Positions 29,744 to 39,891 of a DNA stretch of 64,000 nt are shown here, in pieces. The translations under genes were made by a program, and so were the position numbers. The notes under the pieces were generated by a model. It did not search any database and had not been told where the DNA came from. It was given only the letters and a program-made list of their open reading frames with translations. The DNA comes from Bacilli bacterium. GTDB lineage: Bacteria > Bacillota_I > Bacilli_A > RF39 > UBA660. The first letter of the stretch is position 1. Each line of letters begins with the position of its first letter. Location of the stretch: assembly GCA_028694645.1 (NCBI GenBank), contig JAQVKM010000002.1, forward strand, positions 112,149 to 176,148. The letters run 5' to 3'.

Positions 29744-30628
29744 ATGAATGCTATTGAAATAATTAATTTAACAAAATACTATGGGAAAAATAGAGGCATA
29801 ATAGATGTTTCACTTCAAGTAAAAGAAAAATCAATTTTTGGATTTATTGGACCTAACGGAAGTGGAAAGAGTACAACTATTAGGACCATTTTAAACTTAA
29901 TTCACCCATCTAGCGGTGAAGCATATATATTTGGCAAAAATTGTGAAAAAGAATATAATGAAATATTAAAAGATGTTGGATATTTGCCATCAGAAGTTTT
30001 TTATTATAGCAACATGAAAGTAATTGATTTGTTAAAATATTCTGCATCCTTTTACAAAAAAAATTGTGATGATCGTATAAATTATTTATCTAAAATAATG
30101 AATCTTGATTTAACTAAAAAAATAGAAGATTTATCTTTTGGAAACAAGAAAAAAGTTGGAATAGTACAAGCTTTATTACATTCACCAAAGCTATTAATAT
30201 TAGATGAACCAACTAGTGGATTAGATCCATTAATTCAACAAAATTTTTTTAATTTATTAAAAGAAGAGAATAAAAAAGGAATGACTATTTTCTTTTCTTC
30301 TCATGTATTAAGTGAAGTGCAAAAAATATGTGATGAAGTAGCTATTATAAAAGAAGGTAGAATTATAAAAATAGAAAAAATAAACAATATTAACAATAAT
30401 AACTATAAAAGAATTAAGATTGAAGTTAATTATAAAATTGATGATACTTTTTTTAACAATATTGAAGTAACTAACCTAATTAAAGAAAAAAATATTTATA
30501 CTTTCATGTATAAAGGAGAAATAAATTCATTAATTACTAAACTATCAAAAATAGATATCATAAATATTTGGATAGATGAGCCATCACTAGAAGAAATTTT
30601 TATGCATTATTATGATGAGAAAATGTAA
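29744..30628 (+). CDS. ABC transporter ATP-binding protein
   Basis: Walker A GPNGSGKST, signature LSFGNKKK, Walker B LLILDEP. Confidence 0.9.
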   Translation: MNAIEIINLTKYYGKNRGIIDVSLQVKEKSIFGFIGPNGSGKSTTIRTILNLIHPSSGEAYIFGKNCEKEYNEILKDVGYLPSEVFYYSNMKVIDLLKYSASFYKKNCDDRINYLSKIMNLDLTKKIEDLSFGNKKKVGIVQALLHSPKLLILDEPTSGLDPLIQQNFFNLLKEENKKGMTIFFSSHVLSEVQKICDEVAIIKEGRIIKIEKINNINNNNYKRIKIEVNYKIDDTFFNNIEVTNLIKEKNIYTFMYKGEINSLITKLSKIDIINIWIDEPSLEEIFMHYYDEKM

Positions 30629-30629
30629 T

Positions 30630-31415
30630 ATGAATATATATATATTTGAAATTAAAAAGTATTTAAAATCAACAATTATATGGATATTAATAATATTTCT
30701 TCTAGGGTTATTAATGATATCATTTTATCCAATCATTAAAACAGATTTAATTGAATTTAGTTCCTTAATTAATAATTATCCAAAACCAATTAAAAATGCA
30801 TTTGGTATTAATATAGATATGATGTCAACTGCACTTGGATATTTTTCTTCTTTTCCTTTAACTTTTATAATTATATGTAGTACATTACAATCTATAATAT
30901 TAGGAATTTCAATATTTAACAATGAATTTAAAGAAAAAGTAAGTGATTTTTTACTTACTAAGCCAGTTGAAAGAAAGACAATTGTAACGGCTAAATTTTT
31001 AGCTTATTTTACTCTTATAATCATTACGAATCTTATTTTATTTTTTTCAATGTATATTTTAATTATTATTTTTAATAAAGGATCAATCAATATAAATATT
31101 TATTTTATGATCCTATTTAGCGTTTTACTACTACAATTAATTTTTTTAGCAGTAGGCTGCTTAATTCCCACATTTTTAAAAAAATTAAAATCCAGTTTAA
31201 GTTTATCAATTGGTATAATAATGGGATTATATACATTAAGTACTTTTGTTGATGATGAAAAATTATTATATTTTATTCCTTTTAAATATTTTAATTATAA
31301 ATATATTTTAAGAGAACAAAAATATGAAACAAAATATATAATATTATCATTATTAGTTATAATTGTATCTGTTATTTTCACATATAAAATATACAATAAG
31401 AAAGATATTTATTAA
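30630..31415 (+). CDS. ABC-2 type permease
   Basis: Six-TM protein with FLLTKPVERKTIV. ATG 30630 lies 1 nt after the ATPase stop. Confidence 0.75.
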   Translation: MNIYIFEIKKYLKSTIIWILIIFLLGLLMISFYPIIKTDLIEFSSLINNYPKPIKNAFGINIDMMSTALGYFSSFPLTFIIICSTLQSIILGISIFNNEFKEKVSDFLLTKPVERKTIVTAKFLAYFTLIIITNLILFFSMYILIIIFNKGSININIYFMILFSVLLLQLIFLAVGCLIPTFLKKLKSSLSLSIGIIMGLYTLSTFVDDEKLLYFIPFKYFNYKYILREQKYETKYIILSLLVIIVSVIFTYKIYNKKDIY

Positions 31416-31426
31416 GAGGTTATATT

Positions 31427-32233
31427 ATGAATATATATAAATTAGAAATGAAATTAAATAGAAAAAGTCTTATAATTTGGTCAATATCTATTTTTTTACT
31501 AATAGCTATGGGAATACAAAAATATGATGCAATGATATATAATAGCAGTGATAATGGTGCAGAATTTCTGAAAGTAATTTCAACAATGCCTAAAAGTTTA
31601 CAAGCTTTATGGGGCATATCAAATATAGATATTACTGATCCAATTGGTTATTTTTCTTTACTATTTTTTTATCTATCATTAATGGGGGTCATTTATGCTG
31701 CCACTTTATCAATTAATATAATAATTAGAGAAGAAAAAGAAAAAACAGCTGATTTTCTACTTAGTAAGCCAGTTAAAAGAGGTAAAATTCTAAAATCCAA
31801 GTTGCTTGCTGCAGCAAGCAATATTATTATAATAAATGCATTTATGACACTGTCTTCAATAATTATATTAAAAAATTATTCCAAGACATATTTTCCAAAA
31901 GAAGTATTTATTTGTATGTTTGGACTATTAATTATTCAATTAATATATATGTCAATTGGAATATTATTAGGAATATTATTTAAAAATTACGATAAAGCAT
32001 CAAAACTAAATATTGCTATTATTTTATTTACTTTCTTTTTATCTATAATAATTGATTTAATAGATAAAGCTAAGTTTATATCATTTTTAACTCCATTTAA
32101 ATATTTTGATGCTAAAAATATAGTAATTACGAATAGTCTCAATATTAAATATATAATTTTATCTCTTACTATTATTTTAATCATGATATTTATATCTTTT
32201 AAAAAATATGACAAAAAAGATTCTAATAATTAA
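31427..32233 (+). CDS. ABC-2 type permease (paralog of the preceding gene)
   Basis: FLLSKPVKRGKIL and the same topology. AAGAGG RBS. Confidence 0.75.
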   Translation: MNIYKLEMKLNRKSLIIWSISIFLLIAMGIQKYDAMIYNSSDNGAEFLKVISTMPKSLQALWGISNIDITDPIGYFSLLFFYLSLMGVIYAATLSINIIIREEKEKTADFLLSKPVKRGKILKSKLLAAASNIIIINAFMTLSSIIILKNYSKTYFPKEVFICMFGLLIIQLIYMSIGILLGILFKNYDKASKLNIAIILFTFFLSIIIDLIDKAKFISFLTPFKYFDAKNIVITNSLNIKYIILSLTIILIMIFISFKKYDKKDSNN

Positions 32234-32254
32234 AAGAACCATTATGGTTCTTTT
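32232..32254. terminator. bidirectional terminator
   Basis: AAAAGAACCA-tta-TGGTTCTTTT, perfect 10-bp arms. Confidence 0.65.
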
Positions 32255-32768
32255 ATTCTGTTATATCTGCGTTTTTAATTACTATTTTAATTAACTTGCC
32301 AGTTAAAGAATTTTCATAATAAAAATAATATTCATCTGATTTTTTTACATCGAATGCTAATTGACCAGACAACTTATTTTTTTTCATAATGGTACCATTT
32401 AAACTTACCATAATTGAATTAAGATCTGATCTTTTTTCAGCTACTTTATTATCTTTTGTTGTTAAGCCAAAACTATCTGTGGCTGAAACGTTAATATCTT
32501 TTTTGCTATCATTTTCAATTGTTAAATCAATTATTAGAAAGAAATCATTTTTAGGATTTGTATAACTTTGACAAACATTATCTAAATTCCAAAAACATTC
32601 ACTTACTATTTTTTTTACAGAATTGATTTTTATTTTTATATCATTAGCTAGTGCAGTTTCATTCATATTATATTCACTCATTGTAATATCAGCATTATCA
32701 TTTTTATTGCAACCAGATAATAAAAATAAACTACAAATAACAAATATAAACATTAATATTTTTTTCAT
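32253..32768 (-). CDS. lipoprotein, DUF4352-like Ig-fold
   Basis: Lipobox LLSGC. ...FFLIIDLTIENDSKKDINV...SGQLAFDV... pattern. Confidence 0.55.
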   Translation of the reverse strand: MKKILMFIFVICSLFLLSGCNKNDNADITMSEYNMNETALANDIKIKINSVKKIVSECFWNLDNVCQSYTNPKNDFFLIIDLTIENDSKKDINVSATDSFGLTTKDNKVAEKRSDLNSIMVSLNGTIMKKNKLSGQLAFDVKKSDEYYFYYENSLTGKLIKIVIKNADITE

Positions 32769-32798
32769 AAATTCCTCCCATCAATTGAAATATTATTA

Positions 32799-33884
32799 TT
32801 ATTTTTTTAATACATAATAAGCAAAATATTCATCAAAACTTAAATCCTCATCATGAATTATTTGAGCTACATCTTTTCCCACATATCGATAATGCCATGA
32901 TTCAAAATTATATCCTGTTTGTTCCGTTTTATCCTCTGGATATCTTAAAATAAAACCATATTTGTAAGAGTTATTCAATAACCACTCATATTCATTTGTA
33001 TTTTCAAAATCTCCAAGAGAAGTTACATTTTTTGATAAAACATCTAAAGCTAATCCTGTTTGATGTTCCGAGTACCCAGCTCTAGCTGACCATGTGTCTG
33101 CCCAAGTGATACCATTAGTTTGTTTATATTTGTTATATAAATTATTTTGTGTTTCATAACTTCTATATGCTGATTGAGCTAAAATACTTAATCCTTCTTT
33201 TTTTGCTGCATCACTTAACTCTTTAAAAGCTTCATAGGCAGCTAAACTTAATTTAGCATTACTTACTTTTGTATAATTATTTTCAATAACAACCAAATCA
33301 TCAGGTTCAAAATTATTATCTAAAGAATAATGCTTATTAGCTATCATAAGTTCATTATAACTTATATCTGTTTTTACAGCATCTACATAATATTCTAAAT
33401 CACGATTACAATTAACAAGTGTGACAACTTCATTATATGTATAATCATTATTTTTATCCAAATAGTTCATATATCTTTGTAATCTCGTTATTATAAAGTA
33501 TTTTTCTTTGATTATACCAACTAAATCCTTACTATATTCGTAATTTATATCATTGTTAACAATATATACAGCATCTATAACGGAACACTCATTATCTTTT
33601 AAATATTTAATATAATTTTCAAATTTTGTTTGATCAAAATCCTTTGATTTTATCAATTTAATTAAATCTTCATTGTATTCATTAATAGATGCATATTTAA
33701 GTATCTCTTCATTTTCATTTAATAATGATATTTCTTCATTTGTATATCCTTTATTTTTTAAATTTGATACATTAACATTAGATATAAATAAATAATTTAT
33801 TAGATAATAAAAAAATATTATTGATATAAACAAAATAAGCAAAATAAATATTTTATTTTTAAATTTCCTTTTTTTTCTTTTCAT
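32799..33884 (-). CDS. VanY-type D-alanyl-D-alanine carboxypeptidase (peptidase M15B), membrane-anchored
   Basis: SAYRSYETQ, SEHQTGLALDV and ESWHYRYVG motifs. Confidence 0.85.
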   Translation of the reverse strand: MKRKKRKFKNKIFILLILFISIIFFYYLINYLFISNVNVSNLKNKGYTNEEISLLNENEEILKYASINEYNEDLIKLIKSKDFDQTKFENYIKYLKDNECSVIDAVYIVNNDINYEYSKDLVGIIKEKYFIITRLQRYMNYLDKNNDYTYNEVVTLVNCNRDLEYYVDAVKTDISYNELMIANKHYSLDNNFEPDDLVVIENNYTKVSNAKLSLAAYEAFKELSDAAKKEGLSILAQSAYRSYETQNNLYNKYKQTNGITWADTWSARAGYSEHQTGLALDVLSKNVTSLGDFENTNEYEWLLNNSYKYGFILRYPEDKTEQTGYNFESWHYRYVGKDVAQIIHDEDLSFDEYFAYYVLKK

Positions 33885-33911
33885 TATCTATCACCTATTT
33901 TATTATATCAA

Positions 33912-33935
33912 AAAACTAGTTTAATAACTAGTTTT
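33912..33935 (-). terminator. terminator after the kinase-like gene
   Basis: AAAACTAGTT-taat-AACTAGTTTT followed on the minus strand by a T-run. Confidence 0.55.
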
Positions 33936-33941
33936 ATATTT

Positions 33942-34832
33942 TTATCTTTTTACCAATTTTTTAAAATAAATATCTTTATTATAGATTTTTTGATTGATTT
34001 CTAATTTGTAATCACTTTGCAATTTTTGTAAAGTTTCTCCTAAGAATTCATTTTGCAAATTATTATCAAAAATTCTTTTAACTTTATCATATAATTCATA
34101 ATCAGTAGCTCCTATATTATATAGCGCTTCTTCTAATGTTATTATATCACCTGTACTTGGTAAGACTTTTCCAACCAAACTTAAATTTAGATTAAAAACC
34201 GTTAAGAAGAATAAAATAATTGAACTTCTTTTATCTAATTCTTTTGTACATAAATTCCCACATCTATATTTTGGATTATCAAGAATATCTTGACTACCCA
34301 AAGAAGTTGATAAATTTAAAGAAGCAAAATCTTCTATTTGCATACCATCATAATCAATCAAATAAAGATCTAAGTTTCTATTTAAATATATATTATTACA
34401 AGAACAGATATCTGGGAAAACAATATTTTCATTTTTTTCCATAATCTCCTCTATTTTAGAATGAACTAAGATGTATTTATTCAAATCTGTTATATCTCTA
34501 TATTTTAAATTTTCATGATATTCATTGTAATTTGGTCCACTTACCTTTTTCATTGTATATCCAACAAACTCATTTTCATCATTATAAACTAACTTATCTG
34601 GAAGAATTATATTATCATTAAATACAATTTTATCTTGAGATAAAACCTTTTTTTCTATATCTGCATCATATGCTTTAGCTATAGAAAGCAATTTTTTATC
34701 AAAAATTTTAACAATTGTATTGTCTTTTAATTCATACACATAAGAAGTTGGTAAACTATTTATTTTATTAGAATTTGATGTATTAATTTGCTTTTTTTTA
34801 ATTGCCATAATAGTATTAATATTTACTTTTTC
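33942..34832 (-). CDS. protein-kinase-like fold protein, function unknown
   Basis: IVKIF (beta3 Lys), GYTMKKV hinge, FPDICSCNNIYL (catalytic-loop D..N), LIDYDG (DFG-like). Start probably ATG 34832. Confidence 0.4.
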   Translation of the reverse strand, partial: EKVNINTIMAIKKKQINTSNSNKINSLPTSYVYELKDNTIVKIFDKKLLSIAKAYDADIEKKVLSQDKIVFNDNIILPDKLVYNDENEFVGYTMKKVSGPNYNEYHENLKYRDITDLNKYILVHSKIEEIMEKNENIVFPDICSCNNIYLNRNLDLYLIDYDGMQIEDFASLNLSTSLGSQDILDNPKYRCGNLCTKELDKRSSIILFFLTVFNLNLSLVGKVLPSTGDIITLEEALYNIGATDYELYDKVKRIFDNNLQNEFLGETLQKLQSDYKLEINQKIYNKDIYFKKLVKR

Positions 34833-34886
34833 CATAATGCCTCCATAAAATAGTAATATATTAACACTCAACTAAATCTTTGTCAA

Positions 34887-36032
34887 TTAATTTTTAATTC
34901 TTTTTTTATTATAAATAACAGCCATCATAAAAAATGAAAATGCAAAAATTATAATTATGAACATATTAATTATTAATGGGATTATTGTATTATAATTAAA
35001 AACTTCAATGGTTTTGATTAAATTATTATTTTGTATAAACCAATATGATGGTAAAACTTTTGATATTGCGACAACTGTATTTGGTAAATATTCAACCGGA
35101 ATAAAACTACCACAAATAAAGCTTGTTCCAAGAGCTATTATATTAACTGCAGCTGCTATGGCACTTTCATTATTGAAAAATATTCCAATCAAAAATCCCA
35201 CGGATAAAGCACAAATCATAAAAACTAAAGAGTTTACAATTAATAACATCCCATTAATTGTAAACATTATATCTTTATTAATAAAAATACTTAATGCAAC
35301 AACAAATAACCAAACAAATAATACAAAAACTAAATTACCTAAGTATAATTCTTTAGTAATAGAAGATGATTTTTTACTACTTATATTATTTCTATTTTTA
35401 ATTTTTTTATTATTAAACCTAATAAGAATTATTGCTGTTGAATAAATACATATAGCTAATATAGAATAATTGGCATAATTGAAAAAATAGCTAGCTTTAC
35501 TTATTGTATCAACATCTAATGTGTTTTTAATTTCAACTTCTGTTGTGTTTTTCAATGAATTATTAATTATTGATATAATGTCATCAGTAGAATTAACATC
35601 ATCATTAACTATATCAGCTATTTTAAAGTATCTTTTTAAAATCATATCAACATAACTAGAATATACTGTATTTCCATATTTAACATTTAAATTATTTTCT
35701 TTATTTGATAAATAATCATTTGTATATCCATCATATATATAAATAATTGCATCTATTTCTTGATAAAATAAAGCATCATTTAATTTTGAATCATTATTTT
35801 CAATATCAATAATATCTGTGTTTTCTTCTAAATACCTATATAAATTATTAACTATTTCTGTTTTGGAATCATTATTTATAACTGCAACATTAGGTTTTGA
35901 AGCTACAAAGCTTTGAGTATTATTATTTGATTGAGTACTGAATAAAGTAAATAGCAATAATATCCCAACATAAAGTAATATTACTCCTTTATGCTTATTT
36001 AAAATTTTAAAATAATTTTTAAATACTATCAT
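34887..36032 (-). CDS. ABC-2 type permease
   Basis: N-terminal TM, large extracytoplasmic loop, C-terminal 5-TM block. Overlaps the upstream permease by 14 nt. Confidence 0.7.
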   Translation of the reverse strand: MIVFKNYFKILNKHKGVILLYVGILLLFTLFSTQSNNNTQSFVASKPNVAVINNDSKTEIVNNLYRYLEENTDIIDIENNDSKLNDALFYQEIDAIIYIYDGYTNDYLSNKENNLNVKYGNTVYSSYVDMILKRYFKIADIVNDDVNSTDDIISIINNSLKNTTEVEIKNTLDVDTISKASYFFNYANYSILAICIYSTAIILIRFNNKKIKNRNNISSKKSSSITKELYLGNLVFVLFVWLFVVALSIFINKDIMFTINGMLLIVNSLVFMICALSVGFLIGIFFNNESAIAAAVNIIALGTSFICGSFIPVEYLPNTVVAISKVLPSYWFIQNNNLIKTIEVFNYNTIIPLIINMFIIIIFAFSFFMMAVIYNKKRIKN

Positions 36033-37197
36033 ATTTTTTCCTCCTCAAATAATAAACAGAAATAATTATAAATATAATTGTTAAAAATAATAAACTTAAT
36101 AAATTAAAATAATATCTTGATAAATTATCATAATAATATAAAGAATAAAATCCATCTGTTATCATATTAGAAGGATTTAGCTTATTAATTAAAGGAAGAT
36201 TAGTATCAATTACATATTTCATTTTAACACCCATCATTCCTGCAAAAAAGCAACCTAACATTACTATAACATTCATAATTCCATTTCTTGTTGAGTCACT
36301 TTTAAAAGGGGCTGATCCTACTAAAAAACCAAGAGATATTCCTGCTATTGAACCAACTAATGATAATAAAATAACGAAATGAATTTGATTTCCATAATCT
36401 ACTTTTAACATGAATATTGTATACAATAGCAAAGAGGTTATAGTTGCTAATTGAATTATAAAAGTTGCTAAAAAACCACTCATTATTAGTGTAGTTCTTT
36501 TTATTGGAGCTAAATTAACTCTTGATCCTTTTCGACTAGCATTACCTAAATAGTTTTTAATAGCTTCACTAGAAAGAAGAGCACCATATAAACATGCCAT
36601 AGCTAATAAAGTATAATACTCTATCATCATATAATCCATATTTTTTTCACTCAAATTATTAAAATAATTTTTTTCTTGATTTATTTTTATGACTATATTA
36701 TTAATTATTTGATCGTAATTTGGAATCTCATTATTTAACAATACATCTTTTACTTTATATGAAACCAAATCGCTAATTAAATTTTGGTATTCTTCTATTT
36801 CATCAACAACATACTTTATGATTGTTTGATTAATGTTACTTTCTTTAACAATGATTTTAATCTCATTTATATCTACATATATATATCCATCTATTTTTTT
36901 TGAATTTAACATTTCATTTAATTTTTCTTGATCTTCATATGTAGTTTTAAATAATTGATTTTCATTTTCACTATTACTTAAATTATCAATTGCTGTTTTT
37001 AAATATTCATTTTTATTATAATATTCATTGTCAACAATACCTAAATTAATAATATCCAATTTTTCAGAACTTGCCATATTAGAAAATGCCATGTAAAATA
37101 AAGTACCTAATATCAAAGGCCACAAAATAGCCCAAAAAACTAATACCTTATTTTTCAATAATACTTTTAATGTATATTTAAAATTATGAAAGAACAT
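36019..37197 (-). CDS. ABC-2 type permease
   Basis: Same architecture as 34887..36032. Overlaps the ATPase stop by 1 nt. Confidence 0.7.
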   Translation of the reverse strand: MFFHNFKYTLKVLLKNKVLVFWAILWPLILGTLFYMAFSNMASSEKLDIINLGIVDNEYYNKNEYLKTAIDNLSNSENENQLFKTTYEDQEKLNEMLNSKKIDGYIYVDINEIKIIVKESNINQTIIKYVVDEIEEYQNLISDLVSYKVKDVLLNNEIPNYDQIINNIVIKINQEKNYFNNLSEKNMDYMMIEYYTLLAMACLYGALLSSEAIKNYLGNASRKGSRVNLAPIKRTTLIMSGFLATFIIQLATITSLLLYTIFMLKVDYGNQIHFVILLSLVGSIAGISLGFLVGSAPFKSDSTRNGIMNVIVMLGCFFAGMMGVKMKYVIDTNLPLINKLNPSNMITDGFYSLYYYDNLSRYYFNLLSLLFLTIIFIIISVYYLRRKKYDSI

Positions 37198-38138
37198 TAA
37201 TCTCTTAACTCCTTACCAGTTAATTCTAAGAAAACATCATTTAAAGTAGGCAATTCTGAATAAATACGGCTATATTTTATTTTAGAGTTATTCATAAATT
37301 CTATCAAATCACTCAAATTTTTTCTTCCTGATGAATATGTTAAAACAATACTTTTTTCTGCTTCAACAAATTCAACAACATGATTCAATTTAATTATTTT
37401 TTCTTTTTGAACATTACTCAATTTTTCTAACAATTCAATTGTTATTTTTTCTTCAATATTTACTAATTTTTTTAATTCCTCTTTATTTCCTTTAGCGATT
37501 ATTTTACCTTTATCAATAATTATTATACGATCACATATTATTTCTACTTCTTCCATATAATGTGTTGTATATATAATTGTTGCTCCATTTTCTCTTAATT
37601 TTTTTATACCTTCTAATATACTATTTCGACTTTGTGGATCAACTGCAACTGTTGGTTCATCTAAAAATATTACTTTTGGTTTATGAGCTATTCCACACGC
37701 AATATTAAGTCTTCTTAGTAATCCTCCAGATAATTGTTTTGGATAAAATTTAATAAATTCGTTTAATCCAACTAAATCAATTGCATCTTTCACATATTCT
37801 TTTCTAATTTTTTTATCATTAATATACAATCCACAAAAATAATCTATGTTTTCAATAACTGTTAATTCTTCAAAAACAGCTACATCTTGAAAAACAACAC
37901 CAATTTTAGATTTTATATCATATGCTTCTGGAGACATCTCTTTATTAAATATTTTAATACTTCCTGAATCATAATTAAGTAATGATAAAATTGAGTTAAT
38001 TGTGGTTGATTTTCCACTTCCATTAGGGCCTAGCAAACCTAAAATTTCATTCTCATATACATCAAACGAAAGATTATCAATTGCTGTTAATTGTTTATAT
38101 TTTTTTGTTAAATTTTTAATTTCAATTATCTTTTTCAT
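37197..38138 (-). CDS. ABC transporter ATP-binding protein
   Basis: GPNGSGKST, LSGGLLRRL, IFLDEPT. Confidence 0.9.
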   Translation of the reverse strand: MKKIIEIKNLTKKYKQLTAIDNLSFDVYENEILGLLGPNGSGKSTTINSILSLLNYDSGSIKIFNKEMSPEAYDIKSKIGVVFQDVAVFEELTVIENIDYFCGLYINDKKIRKEYVKDAIDLVGLNEFIKFYPKQLSGGLLRRLNIACGIAHKPKVIFLDEPTVAVDPQSRNSILEGIKKLRENGATIIYTTHYMEEVEIICDRIIIIDKGKIIAKGNKEELKKLVNIEEKITIELLEKLSNVQKEKIIKLNHVVEFVEAEKSIVLTYSSGRKNLSDLIEFMNNSKIKYSRIYSELPTLNDVFLELTGKELRD

Positions 38139-38222
38139 ATTATTCCTCTTTCTTCAAATAAAATATAAATTAATATATATCTATATTAATTATACTATAA
38201 TTAGCATAATTTTTAATATTAA

Positions 38223-38939
38223 TTATCCCTTTTTATAATAATTAATATTAAAATTTTTAGCATTTTTACATAATTCACTTGTTTTTAAATAATACATTTT
38301 ATTATCTTTTATGAAATGTGTTCCACATTGTCTAAATTCAAAATTAACATTTTTATTTATACATTGGTTTCTAATATTTAACACCCAGTCATAATCTAAA
38401 GGTCTTGCGTTATAATCAGATTCCCCACCAACTATAACTAATTCTATATCATCTAAATATTTTTCAATATCAATATTTTCTAACAATGGTTGAACTGTAA
38501 TACATTTATGTTTTATTGGTAAATTATCAAATATAGATAATTTATAATCAGCATTTTTTTGATTTTCTATAGTGCAACATACAATAACATTATCATAACC
38601 ATCCTCCCAATCAGATGGTATACATTGTGCAAATCTTTCTATTCTTTTTGTTAAAAACAAAAATTTCAAATCAGATCTTTTCTTTATCATTTGCCAACAT
38701 TCATTGCGCCATTGATCTGCTTCTTCAATTAAAAAATCAGTTGAAAAGCCTAAATAAATTAATCCTGATTTTATTTTATATTCTCCATTTTTTAATTTTT
38801 GAATAGGTTTATAAAAATCAGTAGTTTGAACTATTTGATTTGTATCAATATTTTTTTTAATATCTCCTTTATGTATATAGCAATACTTACATCCATCACT
38901 ACATTTTTTACATCCTCGCCAAGGATTCCATAATGCCAT
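38223..38939 (-). CDS. DUF5131 (phage Gp37/Gp68-like) family protein
   Basis: The N-terminal MALWNPWRGCKKCSDGCKYCY is the family hallmark. Confidence 0.7.
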   Translation of the reverse strand: MALWNPWRGCKKCSDGCKYCYIHKGDIKKNIDTNQIVQTTDFYKPIQKLKNGEYKIKSGLIYLGFSTDFLIEEADQWRNECWQMIKKRSDLKFLFLTKRIERFAQCIPSDWEDGYDNVIVCCTIENQKNADYKLSIFDNLPIKHKCITVQPLLENIDIEKYLDDIELVIVGGESDYNARPLDYDWVLNIRNQCINKNVNFEFRQCGTHFIKDNKMYYLKTSELCKNAKNFNINYYKKG

Positions 38940-39195
38940 AAAATATCCTCCTTTATTTATAATAATTTTTTTATTATTACATCTTATTGTATATCTATCA
39001 TTTTTAATAGAATTATATCAAAAATAAACAAAAAAAGTAAGTCTTATAATCTATAAATAATAAATAGTTTTTACAAATCGAATGCTTAATATAAACATAC
39101 AATTATAAAACAAAAAAATATTTTATTTAATTAAAATATTTTCTCTTTCATTATATAAAATGTTTTTTTACCAATCTAATTTTATCTATTATTAA

Positions 39196-39801
39196 TTATT
39201 TTTTATTATTTGGAATAAGTTTTTTTGTATGTGTTCTTCTCATAATTATTTCATCACTTTTAAGAGGATAATCTTTTAATGTTTCAGGACAAAAAACTTC
39301 TCTTAGATCTTCAAATAATTTATATAATCTATCTTTTGTATCAAAATTACCATCATCTATTTTGCTTCTATAATCAGTTAATATATTTTTTACAAAGATA
39401 TTAAATTTTTCCATTTCATTCTTACCTAGTTGATTATCAAAACTAATTATAATTACATCTTTTGCTTGCAAAAATTGAAGTGTTTTTTTATTTATTTCTC
39501 TTGTATCATCATCATCTATAATAATTAATTCTTCATTACCTAAAAATTTTTTTAATGGAGTATAAAATAAATTATTTTTATCAATCTTAAAATCAACCTT
39601 ATTGATTATATTCATATCGCAATTAAGACAAAATGCGTTAAAACCATAATCATCCCATTGATTAAAGCTTACAGTTCTTTCAAGTTCTTTATCTTTAAAT
39701 TCTGCCATTTCATAAGAGCTAAAATATCCACAATATGATTTTTTAATTATAATTCTTATTTTTATATTTTCATTAATTTCAATTATTTTATCTATTTCCA
39801 T
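39196..39801 (-). CDS. hypothetical protein (201 aa)
   Basis: ATG 39801 after AAGAGGAA. The upstream part of the track ORF is occupied by a terminator hairpin. Confidence 0.55.
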   Translation of the reverse strand: MEIDKIIEINENIKIRIIIKKSYCGYFSSYEMAEFKDKELERTVSFNQWDDYGFNAFCLNCDMNIINKVDFKIDKNNLFYTPLKKFLGNEELIIIDDDDTREINKKTLQFLQAKDVIIISFDNQLGKNEMEKFNIFVKNILTDYRSKIDDGNFDTKDRLYKLFEDLREVFCPETLKDYPLKSDEIIMRRTHTKKLIPNNKK

Positions 39802-39847
39802 AAGTATTCCTCTTTCTTTCGAAATATAATAACATAATATAATAAAA

Positions 39848-39870
39848 ATAACTAGCATAATACTAGTTAT
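39848..39870 (-). terminator. terminator after the 484-aa gene
   Basis: ATAACTAG-cataata-CTAGTTAT followed on the minus strand by TTTT. Confidence 0.45.
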
Positions 39871-39891
39871 TTTAATATTTTTATCAATAAA

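Noticed and set aside
38940-39195. 256-nt AT-rich spacer after the DUF5131 gene as a possible att site, tRNA or island boundary
   Set aside because: I found no tRNA-like structure, no direct repeat matching anything near 53.3-53.7 kb, and no recombinase gene. A boundary here remains only a guess.
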